This document shows, one piece after another, positions 27,673 to 36,729 of a DNA stretch of 64,000 nt. The first letter of the stretch is position 1. Each line of letters starts with the position of its first letter. The translations under genes and the position numbers were made by a program. Location: assembly GCA_963640685.1 (NCBI GenBank), contig CAVIAA010000002.1:9079-73078 (forward strand). The letters are read 5' to 3'. The stretch comes from Acutalibacteraceae bacterium. GTDB lineage: Bacteria; Bacillota; Clostridia; Christensenellales; CAG-138. Under the pieces are notes generated by a model. That model was not told where the DNA came from, made no database searches, and saw only the letters and a list, made by a program, of their open reading frames with translations.

Positions 27673-28845
27673 TTATTCTGCGGTGTAGGGCGCATAAGCT
27701 ACGAACAGCTTGTTGGCGATGCCCTCAGCGATGGTGTACATATCGGCGGAGCCTGCTACTGCGGACAGAGCGTCTGCCATAGCGGTGCCTGCGCCGGCGG
27801 CCTCAACGGTGGAGGCGATAGCGTTGGCCATGCCCTCGGCATCCTGCTTTACGGTACCGGTCATCTTGCCGGCGCCGATGAGCTCCTTGGCTGCGTCGGT
27901 GGCGTCTACGCCGAATACGGGGATGGTCTTTGCACCCTCAGCGCCGGTGTTGTAGCCAGCGGTCTCAAGAGCGGAGATGCAGCCCTCGGCCATGTTGTCG
28001 TTGTTGCAGATGATGAGCTCGATCATGTTGCCGTTGGCCTCGTTGAACTGGGACAGGTTGGTGTTCATGTAGTCCAGAGCGGCCTGAGCGGACCAGGCGC
28101 CGTTGAGGTCGACCTGATAGCCGGCGGTGTTCTTCTCGTCGAAGTACTTGAGGGCGGGCTTGCCGGCGGCCTCGAGAACCGCGTTGGCATCCTCTACGCC
28201 GTACTGAGTGCGATAGATGGCCTCTACGTTGGCCTCGTCGCCCTTAAACATTGCATAGGAGATAACGCCGTCGCCGTTGAGGTCGACTGCATCATAGTTT
28301 GCAAGGAGGTATTCGCCTACCATCTTGCCCTGCAGATGGCCTGCCTCGGGTGCATCGGTGCCGATGAAGCAGATGCTGGCGTTCTCGTTGAGAACGGAGC
28401 CCTCTTCGCCGTCAGCCTCGATAGCGCGGTTGAAGAATACTACGGGTACATCGCCCGCGATGGAGATGATCTCCTTGGCAACGTCAGAGGAGCCGGAGGT
28501 GACCATATTTACGACCAGCAGATTGTAGCCGTCGGTGATAGCGGTCTGGATCTGCTCGTTCTGGGTGGTCTGGTTGTTGTTGCCGTCAAAGTCCTGGTAG
28601 GTAACGCCCTTGGCATCAAGAGCGGAATCCAGAGCGGTACGGACGGAAGAAATGTAGGTATCGCTGTAGGTGTAGTAGAACACGCCAACCTTCAGAGCGG
28701 AAGCGGCAGCGGTCTCTTCGGCTGCGGTCTCCTCGGTTGCGGTTTCTTCCGCTGCGGGTTCTTCGGTGGTAGCTGCGGGGGTGCTGCAGGCGCAAAGAGC
28801 AAATGCCATAGTCAGTACCATGAGCAGCGCGATGATTTTCTTCAT
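27673..28845 (-). CDS. mglB: Galactose/glucose-type periplasmic binding lipoprotein
   Basis: Lipobox AFALCAC, a Glu/Thr/Ala linker, and a PBP1 fold (KVGVFYYTYSDTYISSVR, VVFFNR). ATG at 28845 follows GGAGGA and is preferred over the track start at 28860. Confidence 0.85.
   Translation of the reverse strand: MKKIIALLMVLTMAFALCACSTPAATTEEPAAEETATEETAAEETAAASALKVGVFYYTYSDTYISSVRTALDSALDAKGVTYQDFDGNNNQTTQNEQIQTAITDGYNLLVVNMVTSGSSDVAKEIISIAGDVPVVFFNRAIEADGEEGSVLNENASICFIGTDAPEAGHLQGKMVGEYLLANYDAVDLNGDGVISYAMFKGDEANVEAIYRTQYGVEDANAVLEAAGKPALKYFDEKNTAGYQVDLNGAWSAQAALDYMNTNLSQFNEANGNMIELIICNNDNMAEGCISALETAGYNTGAEGAKTIPVFGVDATDAAKELIGAGKMTGTVKQDAEGMANAIASTVEAAGAGTAMADALSAVAGSADMYTIAEGIANKLFVAYAPYTAE
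28709..28768. repeat. Four imperfect 15-bp tandem repeats inside mglB (linker-coding)
   Basis: Units are GCGGTCTCTTCGGCT, GCGGTCTCCTCGGTT, GCGGTTTCTTCCGCT and GCGGGTTCTTCGGTG. They encode the repeated (A/T)AEET linker of the lipoprotein. Confidence 0.7.
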
Positions 28846-29042
28846 TGTGTTATCCTCCATTGAGTTTTTATTGGCGATCAGCCTGTGAGTTGCATTGAGT
28901 ATTTGTTTGTGCAGGCATCACGCCTGAATTTATTTTATCACAGCGAACCGGAAAAACAATGCGTTTATTTATGAAAAATGTTAGATATTTTATTTTTTCA
29001 TGCCGCCATCGACACGGAAACGGGCGGGTATGGGCTGATCTC

Positions 29043-30005
29043 CTAGGAAAAAGGGAACAGCGCCTTCTGGCTCTCCGGCGTAAACATATTTTCACGGGTT
29101 ATTGTTACGGTGGATGTATCGATAAGCTCATCCGGCGAGTAGCTCTCGCCCTCAAGCAGCCGCCAGGCCGTCTCCAGCCCGAGGTAGCCCATGGCGTAAG
29201 GGTTTTGGGCTATGAGCGCTGTAACTGCGCCGGTCTGCATGAGGTCTACACAAATAACGTTCGTGTCGAAGCCGACCATGCGGATCCTTCCCCCAAGGCC
29301 AAGCTCATCTACCGCCTGAGCGACGCCGACGGTGAGCGGCTCGTTAAAGGCGACTATGATGTTTATCTCGGGGTGCTCCTTAAGCAGGCTTATTGCGCCG
29401 CTCTTTGCGGCGGCGGCCGTTGTGAGCACGTTTATGGTGTATATATCGCGTGTCCTCCCGTCCTCGGCGAGGGCGGCGCGGAAGCCCTGTTCTCTTTCCT
29501 GCCCGTTGCGGCTGCCGAGATCGTAGTTCACTATTCCCACTACAAATTCGGTTTTGTCGCTGTCCAGCGCCGCTGCCGCAGCCATGCGCCCCGCAAGCAC
29601 GTTATCGGTGCCTATTCTGGCGCTTACATGCTCGGAGCCCACGTCACTGTCTATAACGACGACCTTAAGCCCGCTTTTTGCAGCACTGTCTATGGCGGCC
29701 GCGTTTTCGGTGTAGCTTATCGAGGAGAATATGAGCGCATCCGCCCCGCTTTCAACGGCCTCTGCAATATAGCCGTTCTGCGTTTCGTAGTCCTCCTCGG
29801 TATTTGGACCGCATATCGTAAGCTCGGTGTTATATTCGGATTTTGCGGCGTTTGCGCCGGCAAAGGCAGCCTTCCAAAATTCGGTATCCGTGCTCTTTGC
29901 AATGAACCAGATGTTATACGGTTCGCCCGCGGCGGAGCTGCCGGAACAGCCGCAGAGCAGCGCACAAATGCATAGCAGCAGGACGATGAGTTTAACGGTT
30001 TTCAT
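29043..30005 (-). CDS. Periplasmic sugar-binding lipoprotein, sensor-associated (XylFII-like, no cognate permease)
   Basis: Lipobox LLCGCSGS and a PBP1 sugar-binding fold. Its start overlaps the 3' end of the histidine kinase gene by 14 nt. Confidence 0.75.
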   Translation of the reverse strand: MKTVKLIVLLLCICALLCGCSGSSAAGEPYNIWFIAKSTDTEFWKAAFAGANAAKSEYNTELTICGPNTEEDYETQNGYIAEAVESGADALIFSSISYTENAAAIDSAAKSGLKVVVIDSDVGSEHVSARIGTDNVLAGRMAAAAALDSDKTEFVVGIVNYDLGSRNGQEREQGFRAALAEDGRTRDIYTINVLTTAAAAKSGAISLLKEHPEINIIVAFNEPLTVGVAQAVDELGLGGRIRMVGFDTNVICVDLMQTGAVTALIAQNPYAMGYLGLETAWRLLEGESYSPDELIDTSTVTITRENMFTPESQKALFPFS

Positions 30006-31686
30006 ATTCTGCCTCCTTGTGGATGGCCGGCATACGGATGGTCACCTTGGTGCCCTCGTCCTGTATGCTGTGTATCTCTATGCCGTACTTGGAGCCGAAG
30101 TATATCTTCAGCCTGTCGTTTACGTTTTTTATGCCGATGCCGGTGTGGTCGCTGCGCTCCTTGCTCATTATGGCGGCTACCTGTGCATCGTCCATGCCTG
30201 CACCGTTGTCCTCTACCGTGAACACTATGTCGCCGCCCTCGGGCTTTACGGATATTTTTATGCAGCCCTGATCAACGAGGCCGTTTATGCCGTGATATAT
30301 GGCGTTTTCAATTATCGGCTGAAGGGTGATCTTGTTGCAGAGAAAGTCCAGGCAGCTTTCGTCCACATCAAAGGAATAGACAAACTGATCCTTATATCTG
30401 TATGATTGTATCTGCAAGTAGCTTTCGGCGTGCTGGAGCTCTCTGCGTATTGGTATGAGCTCATGCCCCCTGCTTATGCTTATCCTGAAAAGCCGGGCGA
30501 GAGCGTTGACCATATGCACTGCCTCGGCGTTCTTTCCCCTTTCGCACATCCACGATATCGAATCCAGCGTATTGTAGAGAAAGTGAGGGTTTATCTGAGC
30601 CTGCAGGGCGCGCAGCTCGGTTTTTCTCAGGTTTATCTCTTCGCTGCGCACAGTTGCCATAAGCCGCTGTATCTGCAGCACCATATGACCGAAGGATTCC
30701 GAGAGCGCCCGAACCTCCATTGCGCCGCCCACGGGCTTATAGCTGAAGCTGTCCGCGTCCTGCTCGAATTGCTTCATTGCAGCTGCGAGGCCGCCGAGCG
30801 GGCGGGAAAGCACGGAGGAAAGCACCGTGCTTATCACAAGTGTTGCCGACAGTATGAGCACCGCGGATATGACGAGTATGTGGGCTACCTCACCCATGCT
30901 TTCGCTGATGACCTCCTGAACAAAGCTTATGCCCACAACGCGCCAGCGGCCGTTTTCCAGCGTCTGTAGCGTGTATATTACGTTGTTTTCCTGGTAATTG
31001 CCGTCCGGCAGGGAGGATATGAGCTCGGTATTCTCGCTTTTCAGCCCGTAATATATCAGCTGCTGCTGCGGATGGTATACTATGTTGCCGTCGGTATCCA
31101 TCAGAAAGCAGTAGCCGCGCTGGCCTATGCCAACGTCGTTTATATATGAAGAAATATTGGAGCAGCTTATATCTATTGCGGCATAGCGCCCGCCGTATAT
31201 TCCGTCCAGCCTTGATACTATTGTGACCGCCCATGGGTAATAGCCCTCGAATATGCTCACAACGTGCGGGGAGGATATATAGCGCTTGCCGTATTTTGGC
31301 ATGAGCTCCGGGTTGAACGAGAGGTTTTCGCGTATGTCGCTGCGGGCCTCGTGACCGAGGCAGTAGCAATCGGTAAGGTTCCCATCGGAGTTGTATATCG
31401 TGACGGCGACGACATCCGGCCTCGTCTTCAAGAATACGTCAAAAAAACCCTCAAGGTCGCCGCCGCCATTTTCCAGTACTGTTTCGAGGTATTCCATTAT
31501 GCCGTCCATGCTGCTAAGATAGTCGTTCACCGTGCTGCTTACCTGAGCAATGCTGCGGCGCCCGGTGATCTTGGCGTTGCGTATAAGGGACTGCTGGTAG
31601 GCGTGTAAAAATACCAGCATCGCAAAGGAAAGCACCAGAACAACGGTGCCTATTATCGAGAGCAGCACCACGGTATTAAGACGCAT
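29992..31686 (-). CDS. LytS/YesM-type sensor histidine kinase (Cache-like sensor, HAMP, His_kinase, HATPase)
   Basis: QINPHFLYNTLDSI (PF06580-type H box) and HATPase motifs (ENAIYHG, DNGAGM, GIGIKNV), with two TM segments flanking an extracytoplasmic domain. ATG at 31686 follows GGAGGG. Confidence 0.9.
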   Translation of the reverse strand: MRLNTVVLLSIIGTVVLVLSFAMLVFLHAYQQSLIRNAKITGRRSIAQVSSTVNDYLSSMDGIMEYLETVLENGGGDLEGFFDVFLKTRPDVVAVTIYNSDGNLTDCYCLGHEARSDIRENLSFNPELMPKYGKRYISSPHVVSIFEGYYPWAVTIVSRLDGIYGGRYAAIDISCSNISSYINDVGIGQRGYCFLMDTDGNIVYHPQQQLIYYGLKSENTELISSLPDGNYQENNVIYTLQTLENGRWRVVGISFVQEVISESMGEVAHILVISAVLILSATLVISTVLSSVLSRPLGGLAAAMKQFEQDADSFSYKPVGGAMEVRALSESFGHMVLQIQRLMATVRSEEINLRKTELRALQAQINPHFLYNTLDSISWMCERGKNAEAVHMVNALARLFRISISRGHELIPIRRELQHAESYLQIQSYRYKDQFVYSFDVDESCLDFLCNKITLQPIIENAIYHGINGLVDQGCIKISVKPEGGDIVFTVEDNGAGMDDAQVAAIMSKERSDHTGIGIKNVNDRLKIYFGSKYGIEIHSIQDEGTKVTIRMPAIHKEAEYENR

Positions 31687-31715
31687 ACCCTTGCTTTTCA
31701 CACCGTGCCCTCCGT

Positions 31716-32918
31716 TTATTCGCCGTGGCGTATTTTCATTGGGGAAACGCCGTAGTATTTTTTGAAGCAAAAGCTAAAATAGTGCTGGTCGCTGTAGCCG
31801 CAGCGGCGCGCGACCTCCGCTATTTTCAATGTACCCGAGGAAAGCAGGCTGTGTGCTGCCTCCATGCGTTTTTTTATGAGCAGGTTTATAAAAGTGTCGC
31901 CTGCATGCTTTTTCATATTTGCGCTCAGGTAATTCGGGCTCACGTGCAGCCGCTCGCTGACGGAGCTCAGGGATATGGCCTCGTCCATGTATTCCTGCTC
32001 GATGATGTGCAGCGCCTTGTTGCAGAGCAGACTTACCCCTTCCTTGTCGCTTATCCTGTGTATGCCGGTATCGCCCGCAGAACGCTGGGCTTCAACTGCT
32101 TCCCGGCAGGCGGAATGGCAATCCGAAAGGGAGGAAAACGGCCTGCTTATGCCGATGGTGCAGGAACAGCCGTATAGCCTGCGGAAGGCCTGCTGAAGCT
32201 CCGCAAGCGCAGACGAGAGGGCATCGAAGCCGTTGTCTGAGCAGATGAGGCTGAGTATGCGCTCCGATGAAGGGATGCTGCAGCTGCTGCATCGCTTTTT
32301 TAGTATGTTGTCTACCGTATGCAGAGATTTCATGGGTGCGGGTCCGGAAGGATCTATGCTTGTTGAAAGCACCAAAAACTGAGATGAGGGAGAAATGCTG
32401 AGGCCGAGCTGCGAAAGCTCATCCAAGGTTTTCTCCGATATGGGTCCGCCGAAGCTATCCAGCAGCAGCCCGGAAACAAACAGCTGAAGCGCGCTGCCGG
32501 TGTCCGTCCCCACCGAAAAGGAGCGAAACCTTGCCTCCATTTTTTCATGTATGGACTGCAGAGCCTTCGTGAGCTCCTCCGTGCTTATCGGCTTCAAAAG
32601 GTAGGAGATCACCTCGTAATCTATTGCGAGCTTTGCATATTTAAAGTCGTCATAGCCGCTGAGAAAGGCCACCTGTATAAGTGGCTGCAGCTGCCGAACC
32701 TGCTTTGCGAGGCTTGTGCCGCTTATAAACGGCATATGAATATCCGTAAGCAGCAGGTCGGGCTGTATCTGCTCTGTAAGCTGGAGCGCGTCCAGCCCGT
32801 TGCTGGCGCTGCCAACGAGCTTAAAGCCGATGCTTTCCCACGGAATTAGGCTGCATACGGCTTCGCGGAGCTCGTCCTCATCGTCTGCGACTATTACAGT
32901 GAAAAGCTCGTCCTTCAA
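31716..32918 (-). CDS. YesN-type response regulator (REC + AraC HTH)
   Basis: N-terminus (TTG)KDELFTVIVADDEDELREAV...DLLLTDIHMPFISG is a REC domain. The C-terminal AraC HTH reads GYSDQHYFSFCFKKYYGVSP. TTG start at 32918 has GGAGG 11 nt upstream; the longer track ORF would overlap the upstream gene. Confidence 0.9.
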   Translation of the reverse strand: MKDELFTVIVADDEDELREAVCSLIPWESIGFKLVGSASNGLDALQLTEQIQPDLLLTDIHMPFISGTSLAKQVRQLQPLIQVAFLSGYDDFKYAKLAIDYEVISYLLKPISTEELTKALQSIHEKMEARFRSFSVGTDTGSALQLFVSGLLLDSFGGPISEKTLDELSQLGLSISPSSQFLVLSTSIDPSGPAPMKSLHTVDNILKKRCSSCSIPSSERILSLICSDNGFDALSSALAELQQAFRRLYGCSCTIGISRPFSSLSDCHSACREAVEAQRSAGDTGIHRISDKEGVSLLCNKALHIIEQEYMDEAISLSSVSERLHVSPNYLSANMKKHAGDTFINLLIKKRMEAAHSLLSSGTLKIAEVARRCGYSDQHYFSFCFKKYYGVSPMKIRHGE

Positions 32919-32920
32919 TG

Positions 32921-33868
32921 CTATCTCAACCTCCAGCGCTTTCTGCTGTTTTTGCGCATACCCACGGCGGCGGCTGCAATGGCGGCAGCTGCTATGAGTG
33001 CGATGAGTATTATTTTGCCTTTGCCGGAGGGCTGGTATTCTACGCTGCGGAGCACCGTGCGGCCGCATACGGCACAAACGCCCTCCTCCTCGCCGCCAAG
33101 CTCCTTTGTGGCCTCGCGCTTAACGATCCATTCCGTCACAGCGTGGCTGCCGACGTTGGTCTTCTCGCCGCATTCGCATTCCTGCCAGTGGAGGCTTTCG
33201 TCGCTTTTCCATTCAGAGGAAAAGGAATGAAGGTGCGGGGCAGGGGTAACGAGGGGTGTAGGCTCGGCCGTTTGAAGCGGGGCGCTTTGTGCCGCCGTAG
33301 CCTTTGGGGCGCGGGTGGACTTTGGCGCGTCGGCAACCGTGAGCTTTGCCCGGTTAGTCGCTATCGAGCCGGACGGGCCGCGATAGACACAGTACACGCT
33401 CCAGCCGTTCATGTCCTTGGTAAAGCCGGTTAAGGTCAGGCTGTCGGTCGTGCTGCCCTCGGAGGTCACGCCGGAAAAATGCTCGGATATATTCTCCGCA
33501 TCGATGGTCGTGCTGCCGTCCGTAAGCTGCCATTTGCGGGATGTAGCGTTTCTTGCCTCGGCGGAGAACGTTGCGGAAGCGCCGGGCTTTACCGAAACGC
33601 TCTGCGGGCTCTGCGTTATCTCAAGCTCGCCGAGGGTCGCCGATGGTTCGGGGGTCGGTGAAGGAGATGACGACGGGGACGGCTCGGGAGAGACCAACGG
33701 CGCAGCAGAAGGGAGCGGCGCCGACGTTATGACCGGCGTAGCAGCGGGCGCCGGGGCAGGGGAAGAAGCCGGAGAAGGGCTCCCCTCTGCAAACGCCGCA
33801 GAATAGGCCGCTATTACAAGTGCCGCAGCACAGAGTATTCTTTTTAGCTTGCTTTTCATGTTGTGCAT
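32921..33868 (-). CDS. Secreted, C-terminally membrane-anchored protein with Pro/Ser/Thr linker, Ig-like domain and Cys/His-rich module
   Basis: Signal peptide KRILCAAALVIAAYSAAFA, then a PSPT-rich linker. An Ig-like segment follows (ITQSPQSVSVKPGASATFSAEA...WSVYCVY...AKLTV), then HWQECECGEKTNVGSH...CAVCGRTV, and a C-terminal TM helix with a basic tail. Its stop lies 2 nt before the regulator start. Confidence 0.6.
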   Translation of the reverse strand: MHNMKSKLKRILCAAALVIAAYSAAFAEGSPSPASSPAPAPAATPVITSAPLPSAAPLVSPEPSPSSSPSPTPEPSATLGELEITQSPQSVSVKPGASATFSAEARNATSRKWQLTDGSTTIDAENISEHFSGVTSEGSTTDSLTLTGFTKDMNGWSVYCVYRGPSGSIATNRAKLTVADAPKSTRAPKATAAQSAPLQTAEPTPLVTPAPHLHSFSSEWKSDESLHWQECECGEKTNVGSHAVTEWIVKREATKELGGEEEGVCAVCGRTVLRSVEYQPSGKGKIILIALIAAAAIAAAAVGMRKNSRKRWRLR

Positions 33869-34019
33869 AATACCGCCTCTTTACAGCTAATGCAGAAAAA
33901 TCAAAATGAGCATATAAATGAGTATATGTATGAAATTTCTACCATTATAGTATAACACATATCGGCGGCCTTGCCCATAGCTTAATCAAATGCAACGCGG
34001 CATTGAGGCGAATTTGGCC

Positions 34020-34047
34020 GAAAAAAACGGGCTCCTTGCGGAGCCCA
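34020..34047 (-). terminator. Rho-independent terminator after the SNF transporter gene
   Basis: On the minus strand: GGGCTCC-GCAA-GGAGCCC followed by GTTTTTTT. Confidence 0.75.
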
Positions 34048-34059
34048 TCGTTGTCAGGT

Positions 34060-35397
34060 TTATTTCCAGCTGAATGTAACAAGACCATATATATAGATCA
34101 CAAGTATCGCTGCGGGAACAAAGTACTGAAATACGGGGCGCATCCAGTTTTTGACCTTTATGCCGCTGCCGCTGTTTGCCTCGGCCATGAACGCCTCCCA
34201 GCCCCAGCCTCTTTTGCCGCAGCAGAAAACGGCGAACACGAGCGAACCGAGCGGCAGCAGATTTGTGCTTACTATGAAATCCCAGAAATCGAGGAAGGCC
34301 GAGCCTTCCGCAAAGGGCTGAAAGCCGGAAAGAAGGCTATACCCAAGGGCGGTCGTAAGCGAGAGCAGAAATATTCCGGCGCCGCAAATGAGGGCGCCCT
34401 TGCGGCGGCTCCAGCCGGTCATTTCGCGAACGCAGGCCAGAATGTTCTCAAACACCGCAAGCACGGTAGACATGGCGGCAAACACCATAAACAGGAAGAA
34501 GAGACTGCCCCACCAGCGCCCACCGGCCATGTTGTTGAATACGGTTGCCATAGTGTCAAAGAGCAGGCTGGGGCCGGAGTTCACCTCAACGCCGAAGGTA
34601 AAGCAGGCGGGGAATATGATGAGTCCTGCCATCACGGCGACCGAGGTATCCAGCACGATGACGTTTATGGATTCGCCCATCAGCGCCCTGTCCTTGTCTA
34701 TGTAGCTGCCGAATATCGCCATTGCTCCTATGCCGAGGCTGAGCGTAAAGAAGGATTGATTCATGGCTCCAACCATTACCTCGCCGTTTATCTTGGAAAA
34801 ATCAGGCACAAGGTAAAAGGCGAGCCCCTCCTTTGCCCCGGGCAGCAGGCAGCTGTGAACGGTGAGTATCACCATAAGCCCAAGCAGCATCACCATCATG
34901 TATTTTGTGACCCGCTCAAGACCGCCCTGCAGGTTAAAGCAGAGCGTACCGAAGCCGAGCACGACGGTTATCGTCATATACATAACGTTAAGACCGGGGT
35001 TGGTTATCATATCCACAAAGCCGGCATTCTGGGACTGACCGGATACGAACAGCACAAAATAGTATATGAGCCAGCCGGTGACCACGGTGTAAAAGGCCAT
35101 GAGCGCAATGTTGCCTATAAGGGCAAGGTAGCCGTGTATGTGCCACTTTGAGCCGGGTTTTTCCAGCTTATAGTACATCCTTACGGGGCTCGCCTGAGCG
35201 GCACGTCCCATTGCAAATTCCATGGTCATAACGGGGAGGCCGAGCAGAATAAGACATATGAGGTAGATGGCAAGAAAGCCACCTCCGCCGTATTTGCCGC
35301 ACATCCAGGGGAATTTCCATACATTGCCGCAGCCGATGGCGCAGCCTGCCGAGAGCAGAATGAAGCCCAAACGGGAGCCGAGTCTTTCGCGTTCCAA
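34060..35397 (-). CDS. Sodium-dependent transporter, neurotransmitter:sodium symporter (SNF) family
   Basis: LGFILLSAGCAIGCGNVWKFPWMCGKYGGG N-terminal NSS signature and a 12-TM profile. Confidence 0.9.
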   Translation of the reverse strand: MERERLGSRLGFILLSAGCAIGCGNVWKFPWMCGKYGGGGFLAIYLICLILLGLPVMTMEFAMGRAAQASPVRMYYKLEKPGSKWHIHGYLALIGNIALMAFYTVVTGWLIYYFVLFVSGQSQNAGFVDMITNPGLNVMYMTITVVLGFGTLCFNLQGGLERVTKYMMVMLLGLMVILTVHSCLLPGAKEGLAFYLVPDFSKINGEVMVGAMNQSFFTLSLGIGAMAIFGSYIDKDRALMGESINVIVLDTSVAVMAGLIIFPACFTFGVEVNSGPSLLFDTMATVFNNMAGGRWWGSLFFLFMVFAAMSTVLAVFENILACVREMTGWSRRKGALICGAGIFLLSLTTALGYSLLSGFQPFAEGSAFLDFWDFIVSTNLLPLGSLVFAVFCCGKRGWGWEAFMAEANSGSGIKVKNWMRPVFQYFVPAAILVIYIYGLVTFSWK

Positions 35398-35474
35398 GAG
35401 AGTTCTCCTTTACTGAGTAAAATAATATATAATATACGAGAACGGATTATATCAAATTGCCGTTAAGGAGTCAA

Positions 35475-35501
35475 GAAAAAAATAAAGGCGGCATAGCCGC
35501 C
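35475..35501 (-). terminator. Rho-independent terminator after the thioesterase gene
   Basis: On the minus strand: GGCGGC-TAT-GCCGCC followed by TTTATTTTTTT. Confidence 0.6.
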
Positions 35502-35519
35502 ATGCCGTCGCAGCGCGCG

Positions 35520-35909
35520 TCATTCGCCGCGCTTGCCGTCGGTCTTTTGCATAAAACGCTGTGCGTCTATTATGCAGCGCTCGTGTGTGCCTTCGCCAAT
35601 GATACCCTTTTCATCGTATGCGGTGACCTTGAATGCAAGCCTGCGGCCGTCTATCGCGGTCAGCTCGCTCTCACACCATACCTTTAGCCCTACGGGGGTA
35701 GCGCTGACGTGAGATACGTTGAGCATGGTGCCCACGGTGGTTTTGCCGGGCTCCATATACGGCTCAACGCCAAAGCAGGCACATTTTTCCATCAGGCTGA
35801 TCATCTGCGGCGTTGCAAAAACCTCAAGCGTGCCGCTGCCGACAGCCTTTGCGGTGTTTTCTTCCTTTACCTCGATATCGATGCGGTTCTTTAAGCCGAC
35901 TTCCAGCAT
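35520..35909 (-). CDS. Hotdog-fold thioesterase (FlK/YbgC-like family)
   Basis: 129 aa. VGSGTLEVFATPQMISLMEKCA and the overall pattern fit fluoroacetyl-CoA-thioesterase-like hotdog proteins. Confidence 0.8.
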   Translation of the reverse strand: MLEVGLKNRIDIEVKEENTAKAVGSGTLEVFATPQMISLMEKCACFGVEPYMEPGKTTVGTMLNVSHVSATPVGLKVWCESELTAIDGRRLAFKVTAYDEKGIIGEGTHERCIIDAQRFMQKTDGKRGE

Positions 35910-36129
35910 ATGATTCCTCCAAAGAAAAAATATAAGTGGATTATAGCATACCGTTTGCCGTGCGGCAATTGAAAAACCGCTGTGCAGTCATAAATGCATC
36001 AGTATATCGGGGCGAAATCGCAATATTAGATTACTGGCGAGCTGTAATCAGTTGTTTGAATTTAACGGAATGCGGTCTGTGTGCTATTATGATGACAACC
36101 CAATATAATCTATTTTTCGGAGGTTTCTC

Positions 36130-36543
36130 ATGTCTATTTCACTGGATTACGCACTTGAACATAAGAACGACCCAGCAGTGCTCTGCTGCCGTGCAGAGGG
36201 CGGCACTGTGCTTTCCGAGCACAACCTTGAGGATCCTGTCATATTTGACGATCTGGTAGATTCCGGCCTGCTCGACCTTACCGGCGCGCTCAAAATAGGT
36301 CAGGTGCTGGGCGCTACTCTGAAGGAAACTTGCGATTCGCTTACCGCCCTCACTCCGGACAAGGTAGAAGGTGCTAAGGAAGGTGCGGACGAGCCCGCGG
36401 CCGAGGCGGCGGAGCCTGCTGCGAGCGTTTCTGCTCCGAGCATTGGCGGAAGCGTTGAGGGCGCACAGGTCACCATTTCAGGCGGCATACTTATTCTGGA
36501 TATAAAAGAGGGCAAGGGCATTCATATAGAGCTGCCGGTATAA
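36130..36543 (+). CDS. Hypothetical acidic protein
   Basis: 137-aa ORF with RBS GGAGG 7 nt upstream, an extended -10-like TGCTATTAT upstream, and its own terminator. No family recognised. Confidence 0.5.
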   Translation: MSISLDYALEHKNDPAVLCCRAEGGTVLSEHNLEDPVIFDDLVDSGLLDLTGALKIGQVLGATLKETCDSLTALTPDKVEGAKEGADEPAAEAAEPAASVSAPSIGGSVEGAQVTISGGILILDIKEGKGIHIELPV

Positions 36544-36565
36544 GGCTGACGAAACCAAAGCTACG

Positions 36566-36598
36566 GAGGACGGCGAAAAACCGTCCTCTTTTGCTTTT
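36566..36598 (+). terminator. Rho-independent terminator after the hypothetical gene
   Basis: GAGGACGG (36566-36573) pairs with CCGTCCTC (36581-36588), followed by TTTTGCTTTT. Confidence 0.7.
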
Positions 36599-36729
36599 GC
36601 GAAAACCGCTGCATTGCCTTAGAAAAGCGTGGCCGGTAAATAAAACAAATATGGCTCTTGGCGGCAAGGAAAAAATAGAGTATGATAAATAAAAAGCACA
36701 TTGCATATTAGAGCGGAGGAAAAAAACCG

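Noticed and set aside
28709-28768. 15-bp tandem repeats, checked as a possible CRISPR-like or regulatory repeat array.
   Set aside because: They lie inside mglB and simply encode the repetitive Ala/Glu/Thr linker of the lipoprotein. They have no spacers and no repeat-spacer periodicity.
27640-28863. A 407-aa plus-strand ORF across the mglB locus. Similar ones lie at 28959-29975 (across the sensor binding protein), 34003-35151 (across the SNF transporter) and 20251-21096 (across brnQ).
   Set aside because: These are mirror images of clearly recognisable minus-strand genes. They have no RBS and their composition is not protein-like.
32919-33077. The upstream extension of the response-regulator ORF (track 31716-33077).
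   Set aside because: The REC domain begins at the TTG at 32918, which has GGAGG upstream. The extension would overlap the 3' end of the Ig-like protein gene in another frame and has an Arg/His-rich composition that is not protein-like.
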